The notes under the pieces were generated by a model that saw only the letters and a list, made by a program, of their open reading frames with translations, was not told where the DNA came from and did no database searches. From Cyanidioschyzon merolae (taxonomy: Eukaryota), in NCBI GenBank assembly GCA_000091205.1, contig AP006497.2: a stretch of DNA of 64,000 nt, one strand, 5' to 3'. Of the stretch, positions 41,852 through 52,245 are shown in pieces. Position 1 is the first letter of the stretch, and every line of letters starts with the position of its first letter. The position numbers and the translations under genes were made by a program.

Positions 41852-43946
41852 CGCTCCAGTGGCCGCGTCAGCGTTCGCTGTCCACCTGTGTGCCAGCCCG
41901 TTCAACGAGTGCAGTTCTCTTTTTGAAGATAGAGGCTTCTTTATGCTTCTATTCCAGTCTACACTGGTTCGAGTTTATGTTGTCCGGAGCCCGCCTCGCA
42001 ACCGACAACTGTGTCTCCGCGCTGACTCGAGTCAAGGACGACACCTCCTGGGAGCACGACCTGCACAGCAGACGACGACGACGACAACAACCACTACAAC
42101 TACAACTGCTGCGGCGTCGAGACCGATAACCAAGCTAACAGTATTGCGAGTACAGCAGCGTTTCTGGGAGCGCCATGGAAGCGCTCCAGCGCTGGCTTGT
42201 TCGCAGAGCCCGTTGCAGCCGCACCTGGGCGTCGGTGCAGAGGCTTGCACCCGGCAACGAATCTCAGACCTCAAGCCGAGCGTCGGTGAGCGCCTCCATT
42301 CAGCCTATTATACACGATTGCGGCAAGCTGTGGCGGTAGTTAGAAACTGGGTTTGTGTTGCAAGCGCGCTTCTCTTTGTCTACCTGAGTACCAGCGACCA
42401 GGTGGCCCTGGCGGCTGCCTCACTCGCCAATGGCATGCCTCAAGACCGTCTGGCTCTGGCAACGAGTACGCCCGTTCCAGATCGCTACCGAATTCTTTGG
42501 GAGCAGGCACTGGACATCATCACGAACCTTCACTACCAACCCGGTCAACATATCCATGCAGCCTCGTTAACCATGCCTTCGCACTTGCCGCCTACGCGTG
42601 CGTCCACGATCCCATGGGGATGCTCTCTGGGAACACGTGCCTCGACCTACGATGCCATTCGGATCCGACTCAGTGAATTGAATGATCCCTACTCACGTTT
42701 CCTGGAGCCGGATGAATTTGAGGCGGAACTGAATCCTTACCGGCGAGCTCGGAAGCTCAGCGGGGTCGGCATCATACCGGAGCGCAGTCCAAAAGGCCAC
42801 GGCACGCTGCGCGTTATAGCCGTTATTCCCGAGTCACCGGCTGAGGAGGCCGGAATCAACCCCGGCGATGAACTCGTTATGATTGACGATATTGTCGTCG
42901 AGCCTTCACCTTTGAACCCGATTCCTGTGACCCCCGATGAAGCGTTGGCGTTGCTGCGCGGCCCAGCGGGTACGCGGGTTCGTCTCACTGTGCGACAAAC
43001 GACAAACTCGTTGTCGTACGCTGATGCATCGCTGCAAGTAGCGTCAGCGTCCACAGCGCCGACCTCTATGATGCGTACATATACATTAACGCGGAGACCG
43101 CTTCTGGTAGCTCCGGCTGTCTACGGCCTTGTCGCCGCGGAGCCCACTTTCGGTTACATTCGCCTCCATACCTTCAACGCCGAAGCGACACGTATCGTCT
43201 TCGAGGCTCTGAACGCATTCAAGAATTCTAGCGATCGTTCGGCAGCGGCTGGTGTTATCCTAGACCTGCGCAACTGCCGAGGTGGCGTCTTCCAGGAAGC
43301 ACTGGTGATTGCTTCGATGTTCATCGCAAACCCCGATGCCGTACTCGTCTACACCGTCGACAGTCGGGGTATCGAGCGCGCACACCGGGTGCGTGACCAG
43401 TGGAACGGTTGGCCTGAAGCTCCTGCTGCCGCTGCTCGTACTCCTCGTACTCCTCCTGAGACGCTCGGGAGCGCGGCGTCGGCCCGGCATCCGCTGTACA
43501 ATGGCCCACTGGTGGTGCTCGTCAATGGTGCCTCAGCTTCCAGTAGCGAAGTGCTTGCGATAGCCTTGCGCGATCACGGACGAGCAGTGCTGTTGGGCAT
43601 GCCAACTTTTGGGAAAGCCCGCATCCAACACTACTTCCCGCTTTTGGACGGCTCGGCGATCGCGCTCACTGTCGGGGAGTTTCTCGGCCCGCAGCACGAA
43701 CGCCTCGCGGACCACGTCGGCTTAGTGCCGCAGGTCTCCTGCAACGCTGCACCCCGGAACTTTGCGCTCCTAGAGAGACACACGCCACCAGATGCCTGCA
43801 TCGCAGAGGCAGCTCAGCTGCTAAGCGAAGAACCCACGGGGTCATCGGCTACAGAGCCGGTGCCGGTCGGTGGCTCCGTGCGGTCTGCGTTCACATCCCG
43901 AAGCAGGTCCACTGAAACGACACTGTTGCCTCGGATCCAAACCTGA
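41748..43946 (+). CDS. Carboxyl-terminal processing peptidase (S41, CtpA/tail-specific protease-like) with a PDZ domain.
   Basis: PDZ region GVGIIPERSPKGHGTLRVIAVIPESPAEEAGINPGDELVMID. S41 catalytic region ILDLRNCRGGVFQEALVIASMF ... VVLVNGASASSSEVLAIALRDHGRAVLLGMPTFGKARIQ (Ser/Lys dyad context). The track start is GTG 41748, inside an 86-bp tandem array. The first ATG beyond the repeat is 41943. Confidence 0.8.
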   Translation: MVRTRKQLAYQYCSLSAILTQRTVLLTVLWYVLGNAPVAASAFAVHLCASPFNECSSLFEDRGFFMLLFQSTLVRVYVVRSPPRNRQLCLRADSSQGRHLLGARPAQQTTTTTTTTTTTTAAASRPITKLTVLRVQQRFWERHGSAPALACSQSPLQPHLGVGAEACTRQRISDLKPSVGERLHSAYYTRLRQAVAVVRNWVCVASALLFVYLSTSDQVALAAASLANGMPQDRLALATSTPVPDRYRILWEQALDIITNLHYQPGQHIHAASLTMPSHLPPTRASTIPWGCSLGTRASTYDAIRIRLSELNDPYSRFLEPDEFEAELNPYRRARKLSGVGIIPERSPKGHGTLRVIAVIPESPAEEAGINPGDELVMIDDIVVEPSPLNPIPVTPDEALALLRGPAGTRVRLTVRQTTNSLSYADASLQVASASTAPTSMMRTYTLTRRPLLVAPAVYGLVAAEPTFGYIRLHTFNAEATRIVFEALNAFKNSSDRSAAAGVILDLRNCRGGVFQEALVIASMFIANPDAVLVYTVDSRGIERAHRVRDQWNGWPEAPAAAARTPRTPPETLGSAASARHPLYNGPLVVLVNGASASSSEVLAIALRDHGRAVLLGMPTFGKARIQHYFPLLDGSAIALTVGEFLGPQHERLADHVGLVPQVSCNAAPRNFALLERHTPPDACIAEAAQLLSEEPTGSSATEPVPVGGSVRSAFTSRSRSTETTLLPRIQT
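42071..42106. repeat. (ACG)5(ACA/ACT)n tract, encoding poly-Thr in the CtpA-like N-terminus.
   Basis: gacgacgacgacgacaacaaccactacaactacaact. Confidence 0.9.
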
Positions 43947-45308
43947 CCGAGTTGCGCACCCGTTCGGCAGTCTAGAGCATCCGACAGCACCAGGTTCGCG
44001 TAGTGATCAAAACCGCTGAGTTTTCCGCGCACGCACCTGTTCGCGTTCAGGTACACTTGGACGGAATGAAACAGCAACGCTTCGAGTTCCGCAGTATCGA
44101 CCTCGTCTTTTGCCATAAACCAAGCTGATCAACAACCAACACGACGCTGGTCAAATGCTTGGACGCACGCGGGTTTCCCACAGCCTGCCAAGACGCCGTC
44201 GCAGGGTACCGGCAAACGCACTTGTGTGTATGTTGCTGAGTTGCGCGACGTTTCTGTGCATATCCGAAGCAGGAGCAGCAGTAGTTCCAGCCCAGGAAGC
44301 CTTTCGTTTCGACCTTTCAGGAACGTGTAGTGCGCACGTCGTTTTGACGAAAAGTCACCTTCCCTGCGATAACCGACGACTCAACCTGGACTGCAGGGTA
44401 AAGTCGTTGCAGCGCGTTCGGGTGTACGCGCGAGCTCCACGAGTCGCCAGTGAGTGCCTCGGCATACCTCGACCTCGACGGTGTTCGTTGAACCCAGAAC
44501 ACGAATTCGGGAGCTTGGTTGCCTCAAGGCGAAAGCGAGCGACAGGCACTTCTCGGAGTCTGTGGGTGTTTCTGGTGCCTATCCCAGTCTGTGGCCGGAG
44601 TGTGTCCGTTCGTCCAGTTCAAGCGGAGGTGTACCGAGTGTCTTGAGCAGCGTGCGGACGTCTGGGTGTCACGGTGGCTCTCTGTGGTGCGTCCTGCCTT
44701 CACGGGCGTGATTCAGACTGCACCCGCGAGCATGCGCTACTCACTCGTGCTGCAAACGCCCGCCACCTGCGCAGTGTTGCAGGCGAGAGACAGCGGAACC
44801 TACCGCTATGCGACTTGGCGTTAGGTGCGTAGGTATATGCGTTTATGCGACGGAAGCAACGTTGTTGTCGAGTACCTGCCCGCGGGTTATCTGGGACCGT
44901 GTTGAGATTCACGTTTACGCATTCTCTATATATGCTGCCTTTAGATGAAGCTGCCGCCTAGCCTAGCCAAGCGCATCTCTTCCTAGGCACCAGAACCCGC
45001 TCTGGTCCAAGATATGCACGCGTATCCATTCCCGGCTTTTTGGTGACGCTCAGGGAGTATTCCTTGTCCGGCTGGGTATGCCACTACTTGATCAGCGCTT
45101 TCAAAAGCAGATGCCAGCCCCGCGCACCAGCGCGTCCAGCGTTTACATTACAGGCTTGCACACCGCCGCTACCCGCTGGTATCATACGCCGGTTTGTCTT
45201 CATCGTGAAGCTCTTCGTTCCACGACTTGCTCTACCAGAGTCTCCGATGCCGCGGTAGCATGTCTGGGAATGCTCTACCTCCGGCAAACGCACACACACT
45301 CACTCCTT

Positions 45309-45329
45309 CACAACAACAACAACAACAAC
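45309..45329. repeat. (CAA)6-7 microsatellite.
   Basis: cacaacaacaacaacaacaacc. Confidence 0.9.
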
Positions 45330-45362
45330 CAATGGGAATCGAACAAGGCACAGATGCACGCC

Positions 45363-48300
45363 TCAGGTGCCGCTTTCAAGTGCATCCAATCCACGAACGA
45401 CGTGAACGGACATGTGGACTTTGGTGACGCACGAGTTCGCCAACAGGTGCACTGCTCGCCAAACAACATCCGGCTCGATGTCGCCCAGGTGTTGTACTGG
45501 TCGCCGCAACGCCAGCGCATGCGTATGAGAGAGCAGCAGCGACGGGTGCTGCTGCAGCTCCGAACGGATCCTCTGCAGCGCCATGAGTCGACAAGTGTGG
45601 CACGAATGATCGCCCTGGTCAGCAACGTGTCCATCTTGGGGCGTCTGCTGCTCAGGCGAGGCATCGACGGTATCGCGATCCGCATAGAGTTGGAAGTAGC
45701 CGCGGTAGAGGTGTGCATCCAGGGCCGTGCGAAATGCCTCATCCTCAATGGCTTCCGCGACGCTCAACAGACCCACTACGGCTGCGGGTTGAGAGCCGGT
45801 GATCAGATTCGGCTCTCGATAGTACTTGTGGCGATTGGCAATCACATTTTCGTTGAAAACGGGCGCCCGTGAAATAGCTGTCGCTGTGAAATGCGAAAAC
45901 TCAGCGATGCCGTAGAAGAACAGGGGGTTCGTCGTTCCCGTCTGCAGGTACAGATCATTGAGTACACGTGACCACGGCAGGCCTGCTGGTATTTTCTTGG
46001 AGCCAGCATTGGTACCCTGAACCCCGGTAGGCAATTGCACGCCGGGCGCCTCGTATGATACGTAAAAGTCGGGTACAGCACCCTGGGGCATGCCCAGGAA
46101 CGCGACACTCGAGAGGTACCGTCCACGCACCGTGCGGTAGTACTCGGCTGGTGGCGCCTCAGGCGCTTCCGCTGGGCTTTGCTGCTGATTGCTGGTCCCG
46201 TCGGACGTCGCTGGAGACGTTGCTGCTGGCAGTTCACCGGTCAGCGTACAATACGCAGTCCCGTGAACGATGATGGCTTCACCCATGGTCTCCGGCGGAC
46301 GACCGTCCACGGTGCCCAGCTCAAAACCCGCAATATAGTCTTGGGAATCGATTGGAATCCGCGACAGCGCCTCTACGGACGGTATCTTACCCTCGATGAG
46401 GTTCCGCACGGAGCCCAGCGCTCGTGCTCGGCTGCCTGGCGGTTGTGGTGCATGTGGATGCAGGTTGTAGACCTTGACCGGGCTCTGGTTGGAATCCGGA
46501 CTGGACTCCAGCGGCTCTACCAGGAGTTTCTGGGAGGCGATGCAACCGAAAAAGTCGCCACTGCGCAGTAGCTGCAAAAGATATTCGCGATCCTCAGTTG
46601 ACAACGCGGCGCTCGCGGCAACATCCTCCGTTTCGCCCGCGGATTCAGCGTCCATCCGCTGACGCTGTCGATGCACCATGATAAAGCTGTCGAAAACCTG
46701 GCGGGCAATCCGCATCTCTTCGGGTGAGATGAGTCCGTCGTTGTCCAGGTCAAAGATACTCAACAGCTCCATGTCGCTAGCAGTGAGCGCCTCGGTAGGC
46801 AGGTATTCGGCAATCAGACGCAATACTGGTACCCGGTTGCTTTCCACGGTGGCGTACTCGGCCTTGAGCTCAGGGCTCTCGACCAGATCGATGAGGAACG
46901 AGTGCCGGGCATCGCCTCGTTGCTGTGCAGCAAGAGCGGACTCCAACGCCGCCGGTGCTTCCGCTGGTCGCTGGACGCGGGCGAAGCCCATACGGTACGC
47001 CTGGGCGAGTCGCTGCAAGTCTGGAAGGATGATTTCGTCGCCAGCGACGCCAGTATTCCCAAAGCGTACCCGTCCCATAACGCCGTTGCGGAGGACAATC
47101 ACGACAAGGTTATCGAGGCCCTGCTGCAGGGCAGTTCCAAGTTCCTGTTCAGCCATTTCGAAACCGCCATCGCCAGTGATGAGGTAGACGACACCCTCGC
47201 TTTTGCGTCTCTTCAGCGAGACGCCCATCGAAACGGCAGCCGGAACCGCGTACCCCATACTGCCCATGTTGATGCTGGAAAGCAGACGCGTTCCCTGCCC
47301 ATCGAAACAGAGGCAGAGACCTGCCCAGATGGTAACATCTCCGATATCCACAACCACAACATCGTCTGGACCAAGTTTCGCGGACAAGGCGGTGAGCAGG
47401 TGGCGCGGATGACAGAAGCCGCGTACCTCATCATCGCCCTCGTCAGCGGTATCGTCTGTGTCCAGCATGGAGCGCCTGCCAGTGACCATAGCGTGTGGCG
47501 TTTTGCTCAAAACTGCAGCACGACGCGGCGATGAAGGCAATGAAGCTTGACGCTCACGCCATTCACCGTCTAAAAAGTACTTCCAGAGCCGGCTCGAGTA
47601 GTCCCGGGCCTGTTGAGGGCCCGGCGGCAGCATGCGCTTTGATTGCATCTCCCGCACGCTCGCTGTTAGTGCGCTCAGCAGGGCCTCCAATTCAGGATCG
47701 ATAAGCATACACTCCACATGGTAGTAGACCTGGAGGCGCGTAGCCAGTGTATCGTCTACACCGAATACTCGGACCTGCTGTTGACCAGTAGAATCGAGCA
47801 CGACTGGATCGCAACGATCGACGCCTATCGCCAGAATACACTCGGCAGTGCTGACGAGGGCCCGCGGCGCTGCCATGCCGGGGTTCCCAAAGATCCCGTC
47901 AACACCGAGTACCAGCGGGTGATGCTCATCGACGGCACCCTTGGCGTCCAGTGTGGTAATCACCGGCGCACAGAGCGTTTCTGCGAGTTTCAAAATCGTA
48001 CTCGAGCAACGAGCCTGTGCTGCACGCAACCCGCACAGAATGACGACGCGATGTCCCAGCAGAAGGCGTCCAGCGTGCTCCACGGAAACGGCAGCGCAGC
48101 GCGGTACCTCGGCAATATGAAAGGGAAGGCGAGCCAGGGCGCTCTCGTCTGAGGGCGACGTCTGCACATCTACTGGTATCGCCAGATGTGCTGCTGTGCT
48201 TCGCTCCAGGGCGAAGCGGATAGCCGAGTCCAGCAGAGAAAGGAAGCGATCGGCAGTCATGGGGGCCTTGGCAAACTGGACGCCTGCTCCGTGCATCAGT

Positions 48301-48695
48301 TGTGCTGTTCGGGTGTCCTGGAAGCCCTCGTGTCCGATGTTACTCCGCGACACGAGGCCGCTGAGTAGGAGCACCGGCACAGAGTCCGCAAGCGCATCCA
48401 CCATGCCGCACACGGTGTAGGCGGCACCCGGACCCGAGGTGGTAACGCACACACCCAGCTTCCGATAATACTTGGCGTATGCAGATGCGGCAAACGGTGC
48501 GGCAGTTTCGTTTCGAACGAGAACCCAGTGCAGACGTGGATGCTGCACAATCGCTGTGATAAGAGGACTCGCAGCTGCTCCGTGTCCACCGAACACGAGC
48601 TCCACGTTTGCCGCCGCAAGCCGGTCTGCAATCAGGTTCGCAATGGTGTACGTGCTACCACGACTCGCTGGCATCTTGGAGGTGGTACTATTCAA
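45363..48695 (-). CDS. Multidomain protein: acetolactate-synthase-like ThDP-dependent enzyme (three domains), then a canonical EF-hand, then an uncharacterised C-terminal region of about 350 aa.
   Basis: N-terminal TPP_enzyme_N block VELVFGGHGAAASPLITAI...TTSGPGAAYTVCGMVDALADSVPVLLLSG. C-terminal ThDP motif YLITGDGGFEMAEQELGTALQQGLDNLVVIVLRNGVMG (GDG-x24-N). Then SIFDLDNDGLISPEEM, a 12-residue EF loop (D1 D3 D5 G6 I8 E12). No stop codon between the modules. The first ATG is at 48672-48674. Confidence 0.7.
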   Translation of the reverse strand: MNSTTSKMPASRGSTYTIANLIADRLAAANVELVFGGHGAAASPLITAIVQHPRLHWVLVRNETAAPFAASAYAKYYRKLGVCVTTSGPGAAYTVCGMVDALADSVPVLLLSGLVSRSNIGHEGFQDTRTAQLMHGAGVQFAKAPMTADRFLSLLDSAIRFALERSTAAHLAIPVDVQTSPSDESALARLPFHIAEVPRCAAVSVEHAGRLLLGHRVVILCGLRAAQARCSSTILKLAETLCAPVITTLDAKGAVDEHHPLVLGVDGIFGNPGMAAPRALVSTAECILAIGVDRCDPVVLDSTGQQQVRVFGVDDTLATRLQVYYHVECMLIDPELEALLSALTASVREMQSKRMLPPGPQQARDYSSRLWKYFLDGEWRERQASLPSSPRRAAVLSKTPHAMVTGRRSMLDTDDTADEGDDEVRGFCHPRHLLTALSAKLGPDDVVVVDIGDVTIWAGLCLCFDGQGTRLLSSINMGSMGYAVPAAVSMGVSLKRRKSEGVVYLITGDGGFEMAEQELGTALQQGLDNLVVIVLRNGVMGRVRFGNTGVAGDEIILPDLQRLAQAYRMGFARVQRPAEAPAALESALAAQQRGDARHSFLIDLVESPELKAEYATVESNRVPVLRLIAEYLPTEALTASDMELLSIFDLDNDGLISPEEMRIARQVFDSFIMVHRQRQRMDAESAGETEDVAASAALSTEDREYLLQLLRSGDFFGCIASQKLLVEPLESSPDSNQSPVKVYNLHPHAPQPPGSRARALGSVRNLIEGKIPSVEALSRIPIDSQDYIAGFELGTVDGRPPETMGEAIIVHGTAYCTLTGELPAATSPATSDGTSNQQQSPAEAPEAPPAEYYRTVRGRYLSSVAFLGMPQGAVPDFYVSYEAPGVQLPTGVQGTNAGSKKIPAGLPWSRVLNDLYLQTGTTNPLFFYGIAEFSHFTATAISRAPVFNENVIANRHKYYREPNLITGSQPAAVVGLLSVAEAIEDEAFRTALDAHLYRGYFQLYADRDTVDASPEQQTPQDGHVADQGDHSCHTCRLMALQRIRSELQQHPSLLLSHTHALALRRPVQHLGDIEPDVVWRAVHLLANSCVTKVHMSVHVVRGLDALESGT

Positions 48696-49868
48696 TGCTT
48701 CAGCACGCGCCCAGTCAAGTTCTTGGTGCTGGTCGAGCGTCTGTCTCTGGAGTTACCGCTTGTGTGAGGCGTTACGGGTAGCCTGCGGTGGCAACTTGAT
48801 CGAACCGTGCGCTCTCTGAGCAAAGCCTCCACTGGATACCTTCGGGCAACGCGAGCTGAGCGAAATGCAGCCACAAACTATCGTCTACGAACTTTGAAGC
48901 GACTCTGAGATAGGACCTAGCGACGCAGTTCACCCTGAAAAGTCGATGTTCGGTTGCGAGCAGGCAGAGCAGCTTGTTCAGTCTGATACGTCAGCAACTG
49001 CCTCTCTGGAATACACCTTTTATTGGCAGCGCTCCCTGATTATAAACACTGTTTGCAATCACCTCTCCAGATTTATGGGATGCACTCGTCACACTGGTTC
49101 TGTGGAGTCGCGTTCAGGCCGGTGCGCCAACAAGTGCCTCCCTGGACCAAACCGGTTATTGAGGGTGCTCGCCGATGAAACACACCGTTCGCAGTCGCTT
49201 TTCCAGATCTATAAGATGCACTTGTCAAACCTGTTCCCTCGAGTCGCGTTTCGCGCTGTGGCACTCCCTCGAGGAGGCAAGTGGTTGCGTAGGACACGAG
49301 GCCGCCTGCCGGTCGTTGCAACGTCTGGTACCCCGAGCGCGATACGATGCGTCTCGCGTGGCTCTGGAGCCGTGTGGAGCACCCGCCACCCAGCGACTGT
49401 GAGGCCGAAAGCCCAGCGATGCAGATCATCAGGAGTGCCGCTCAACCGGGATCATCGAACTTCATCTGATTCCGCTTCAGCTCAGTTAACTCCAATGAAT
49501 TCCAGTTTATCTCTTCTGACCTCATTCCATCTCAAATGATCCCACTCGTTGGGATAGCAAGGACGCTTGGTAATTTTGCAGGGTACGCATCAGGAATATA
49601 AGAGCTATCATGAATACTCATCACGAGAGGCACTTGGCGCTGGGAGAGTCCCACGAACGAATGAAAGGATCACCGGAGGCAAGTATAGGTCATGGCGAGT
49701 GGTCAGCAGAACGCTCGGGAGAGATCGTGAGGCGTCATCACGACTGCCTGCCCGGAAACCGATACGCGTCGTGCAGTTGGGAATCCCTGTTTGCTCTACG
49801 CGATGCAACGTCATGGTTATCCATCGAGGGTGGCGCTCGGGCTGGTCTACTGGAGCGCGTGCACGCAC

Positions 49869-49883
49869 GCACACACACACACA
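49869..49883. repeat. (CA)7 microsatellite.
   Basis: cacacacacacacac. Confidence 0.9.
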
Positions 49884-50205
49884 CTTCGCAGTTTACCGCC
49901 TGATGATCATCGCCCAGGTACACCGTCAACCATCTACGTAGCGTGCACTTGCATCCGATTTCTTTCGTTTCCATACCCCATGACGCCTTTTCGAATGCAT
50001 TCTGCATCGACAACGACGAGCACACGAGTGACTGCAGCTGACGTTTCTCGCTTCCTATAACCCGAAACGCTCGGCAACGACGCATCTCTCGAGAGCATCG
50101 CCCGCAGCCTCGGAGCATCGCAGAGGACCTGATTGCATGCAACGATGCTAGTCCATAAACCGATGGAAAAGAATTGACCCTGTGTATGGGAGCATCTGCA
50201 GCTTG

Positions 50206-50436
50206 CAGCTCATATCCATCACAAGCATCTGTACGAACACCACCGGGTTGACTGCCACACGAAGCTCTCGGGGGTGCGCGGGCAGCTCATATCCATCACA
50301 AGCATCTGTACGAACACCACCGGGTTGACTGCCACACGAAGCTCTCGGGGGTGCGCGGGCAGCTCATATCCATCACAAGCATCTGTACGAACACCACCGG
50401 GTTGACTGCCACACGAAGCGCTCGGGGGTGCGCGGG
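50206..50436. repeat. Tandem minisatellite C: 77-bp unit, 3 copies.
   Basis: Unit cagctcatatccatcacaagcatctgtacgaacaccaccgggttgactgccacacgaagctctcgggggtgcgcggg at 50206, 50283 and 50360. It lies about 200 bp 5' of the ALDH gene. Confidence 0.95.
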
Positions 50437-50640
50437 CGCTCGCGCTTTGCGTCCCGATCCGGCTGTGTGAAGCGAGGCGCTCGCGGGCGATACGCACGAC
50501 TGCCGAGTGTATCTCGACGGCTCGGGTGAGCGCGTGGAGCACTGTCGACCGCAGGTGACCATCGGGTGCAGCTTAGACCTGGTCAAAGTGTACGACGCAT
50601 ATACTCCATTACGCGTAGCGGTTGACGCTGACGGAATAAG

Positions 50641-52245
50641 ATGCTGACGTCAGCAGCTGACGACTTGTCGTCGGGATATCGGGAGGTAAGGGCGGAGCTG
50701 GGCGAAGCCTTTCGGAGTGGGGCAACACGCTCGCTTCGTTGGCGTGCAGCGCAGCTGGAAGCCCTGAAGCAGGCGCTAGTGGAACAGGAGCGCGCAATCA
50801 TCGCGGCATTAGCTGATGATCTCGGGAAGAGTGCTGAAGAGAGTCAGCTTACCGAGCTACAACCCGCACTCCAGGAACTAGCGTTGGCGCTGGGGAACCT
50901 GAAGCTCTGGGCTGGGCCCCGCACGGTAGAACCCTGCTTAGCACCCAAGTATCTGGCGCCGTGGTTCTGGTTGCAACGTGTTTGGCGCGCGGTGCTTCCT
51001 CGAGTACTGGGCGGTGGCAACCCGCCGGTGGCAAGTTACGGCGGCGTAGCACTGGCGACGATACTGGAGCGTCGCTGGGTCGTTCCTGAACCACTGGGCG
51101 TGGTGCTGATCATCACAGCCTGGAACTATCCTCTACTGCTTGCGATTTGGCATATGACAAGTGCTATCGCCGCTGGGAACTGTGTCGTCTTGAAACCAAG
51201 TGAACGTGCTCCTGCAACAGCAAAACTGCTGGCAGAGCTGGTGCGCACCTATCTCGATGCTCGCTGCATCCGAGTCGTGCTGGGCGATGCCAGCACTGTT
51301 CGGCGTCTGCTTCATCTGGATACCGAGTGTCCGGCGGATGTTGCGTTCCGCGTTTGGGCACAGCAGCGCCCTTTTGATGCGGTGCATTTCACGGGCGGCT
51401 GGAGGATTGGGCGTGAAATCGCACGCGCTTGTGCGGCCTACCTGATACCGTGCACGCTCGAACTGGGCGGTAAGAATCCGCTTGTGGTGGACTGTGCATC
51501 GCTGTCCGAGCGAGACTTGGCTCGGGTTGCCCGAACGACCGCATGGGCCAAGTTACTGAACGTGGGTCAGACGTGCATCGCCCCGGATTATGTGGTTCTA
51601 TGCGGTGCAGACCGGGCACAGGAGGCGTTCTTCATAGAAGAGATGTGGAAATCGATTGAAGCATTCTACGGGAGGCCAGTGGAAAACAGCACGACCTTCC
51701 CACGGATCGTGAGCAAGGCACATACCGCCCGTCTGGCGGACCTGCTCCAACAAAGCCGTGGTGAGGTTGTGTTCGGTGGAACCCACCGAGAGAATGACTG
51801 CTTTTTCACGCCGACCATTGTGCGCAATGTGACTCTGGATGATGCGCTGATGGCGGAGGAGATTTTCGGGCCGATACTGGTTGTTCTGCAGCCGTGTGCT
51901 GGTACCGAACAAGCGCTCGAGGTGATCGGGAGTCTACCATCTCCGCTGGTAGTCTATCTAATGTCTCGTGACGCTGCTGTGGTGCAGCGTTTTGAACGGG
52001 CATCCACCTCTGGATCGCTTGTCGTGAATGATCTGCTGGGTCAGGTAATCTCGCCGGGTCTTCCGTTTGGCGGGGTCGGCGCTTCTGGATACGGCAAGTC
52101 CAAAGGTCAAGCGGGGTTCGATGCGTTCTCGAACCTCAAGAGTGTCCTCTGCAAACCGATATGGATAGAGCGAATAGCGAGTGATCGCTACCATCCACTA
52201 ACCGCTACCAAGATCAGTCGTTTTCGTCGCTTAATCGCGCTCTGA
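50641..52245 (+). CDS. Aldehyde dehydrogenase, class-3 / fatty-aldehyde dehydrogenase type.
   Basis: ATG 50641 checked. Glu-motif LELGGKNPLVVD and catalytic Cys motif VGQTCIAPDYVV, plus FTGGWRIG. The length of about 530 aa fits ALDH3 with a C-terminal hydrophobic tail. Confidence 0.85.
   Translation: MLTSAADDLSSGYREVRAELGEAFRSGATRSLRWRAAQLEALKQALVEQERAIIAALADDLGKSAEESQLTELQPALQELALALGNLKLWAGPRTVEPCLAPKYLAPWFWLQRVWRAVLPRVLGGGNPPVASYGGVALATILERRWVVPEPLGVVLIITAWNYPLLLAIWHMTSAIAAGNCVVLKPSERAPATAKLLAELVRTYLDARCIRVVLGDASTVRRLLHLDTECPADVAFRVWAQQRPFDAVHFTGGWRIGREIARACAAYLIPCTLELGGKNPLVVDCASLSERDLARVARTTAWAKLLNVGQTCIAPDYVVLCGADRAQEAFFIEEMWKSIEAFYGRPVENSTTFPRIVSKAHTARLADLLQQSRGEVVFGGTHRENDCFFTPTIVRNVTLDDALMAEEIFGPILVVLQPCAGTEQALEVIGSLPSPLVVYLMSRDAAVVQRFERASTSGSLVVNDLLGQVISPGLPFGGVGASGYGKSKGQAGFDAFSNLKSVLCKPIWIERIASDRYHPLTATKISRFRRLIAL

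Noticed and set aside
45363-48695. Reading the 1110-aa ORF as two adjacent genes accidentally fused.
   Set aside because: Not fully rejected. The frame is continuous and the EF-hand lies exactly at the junction, which argues for a designed fusion. Only transcript evidence can settle it, so it is kept as a finding.
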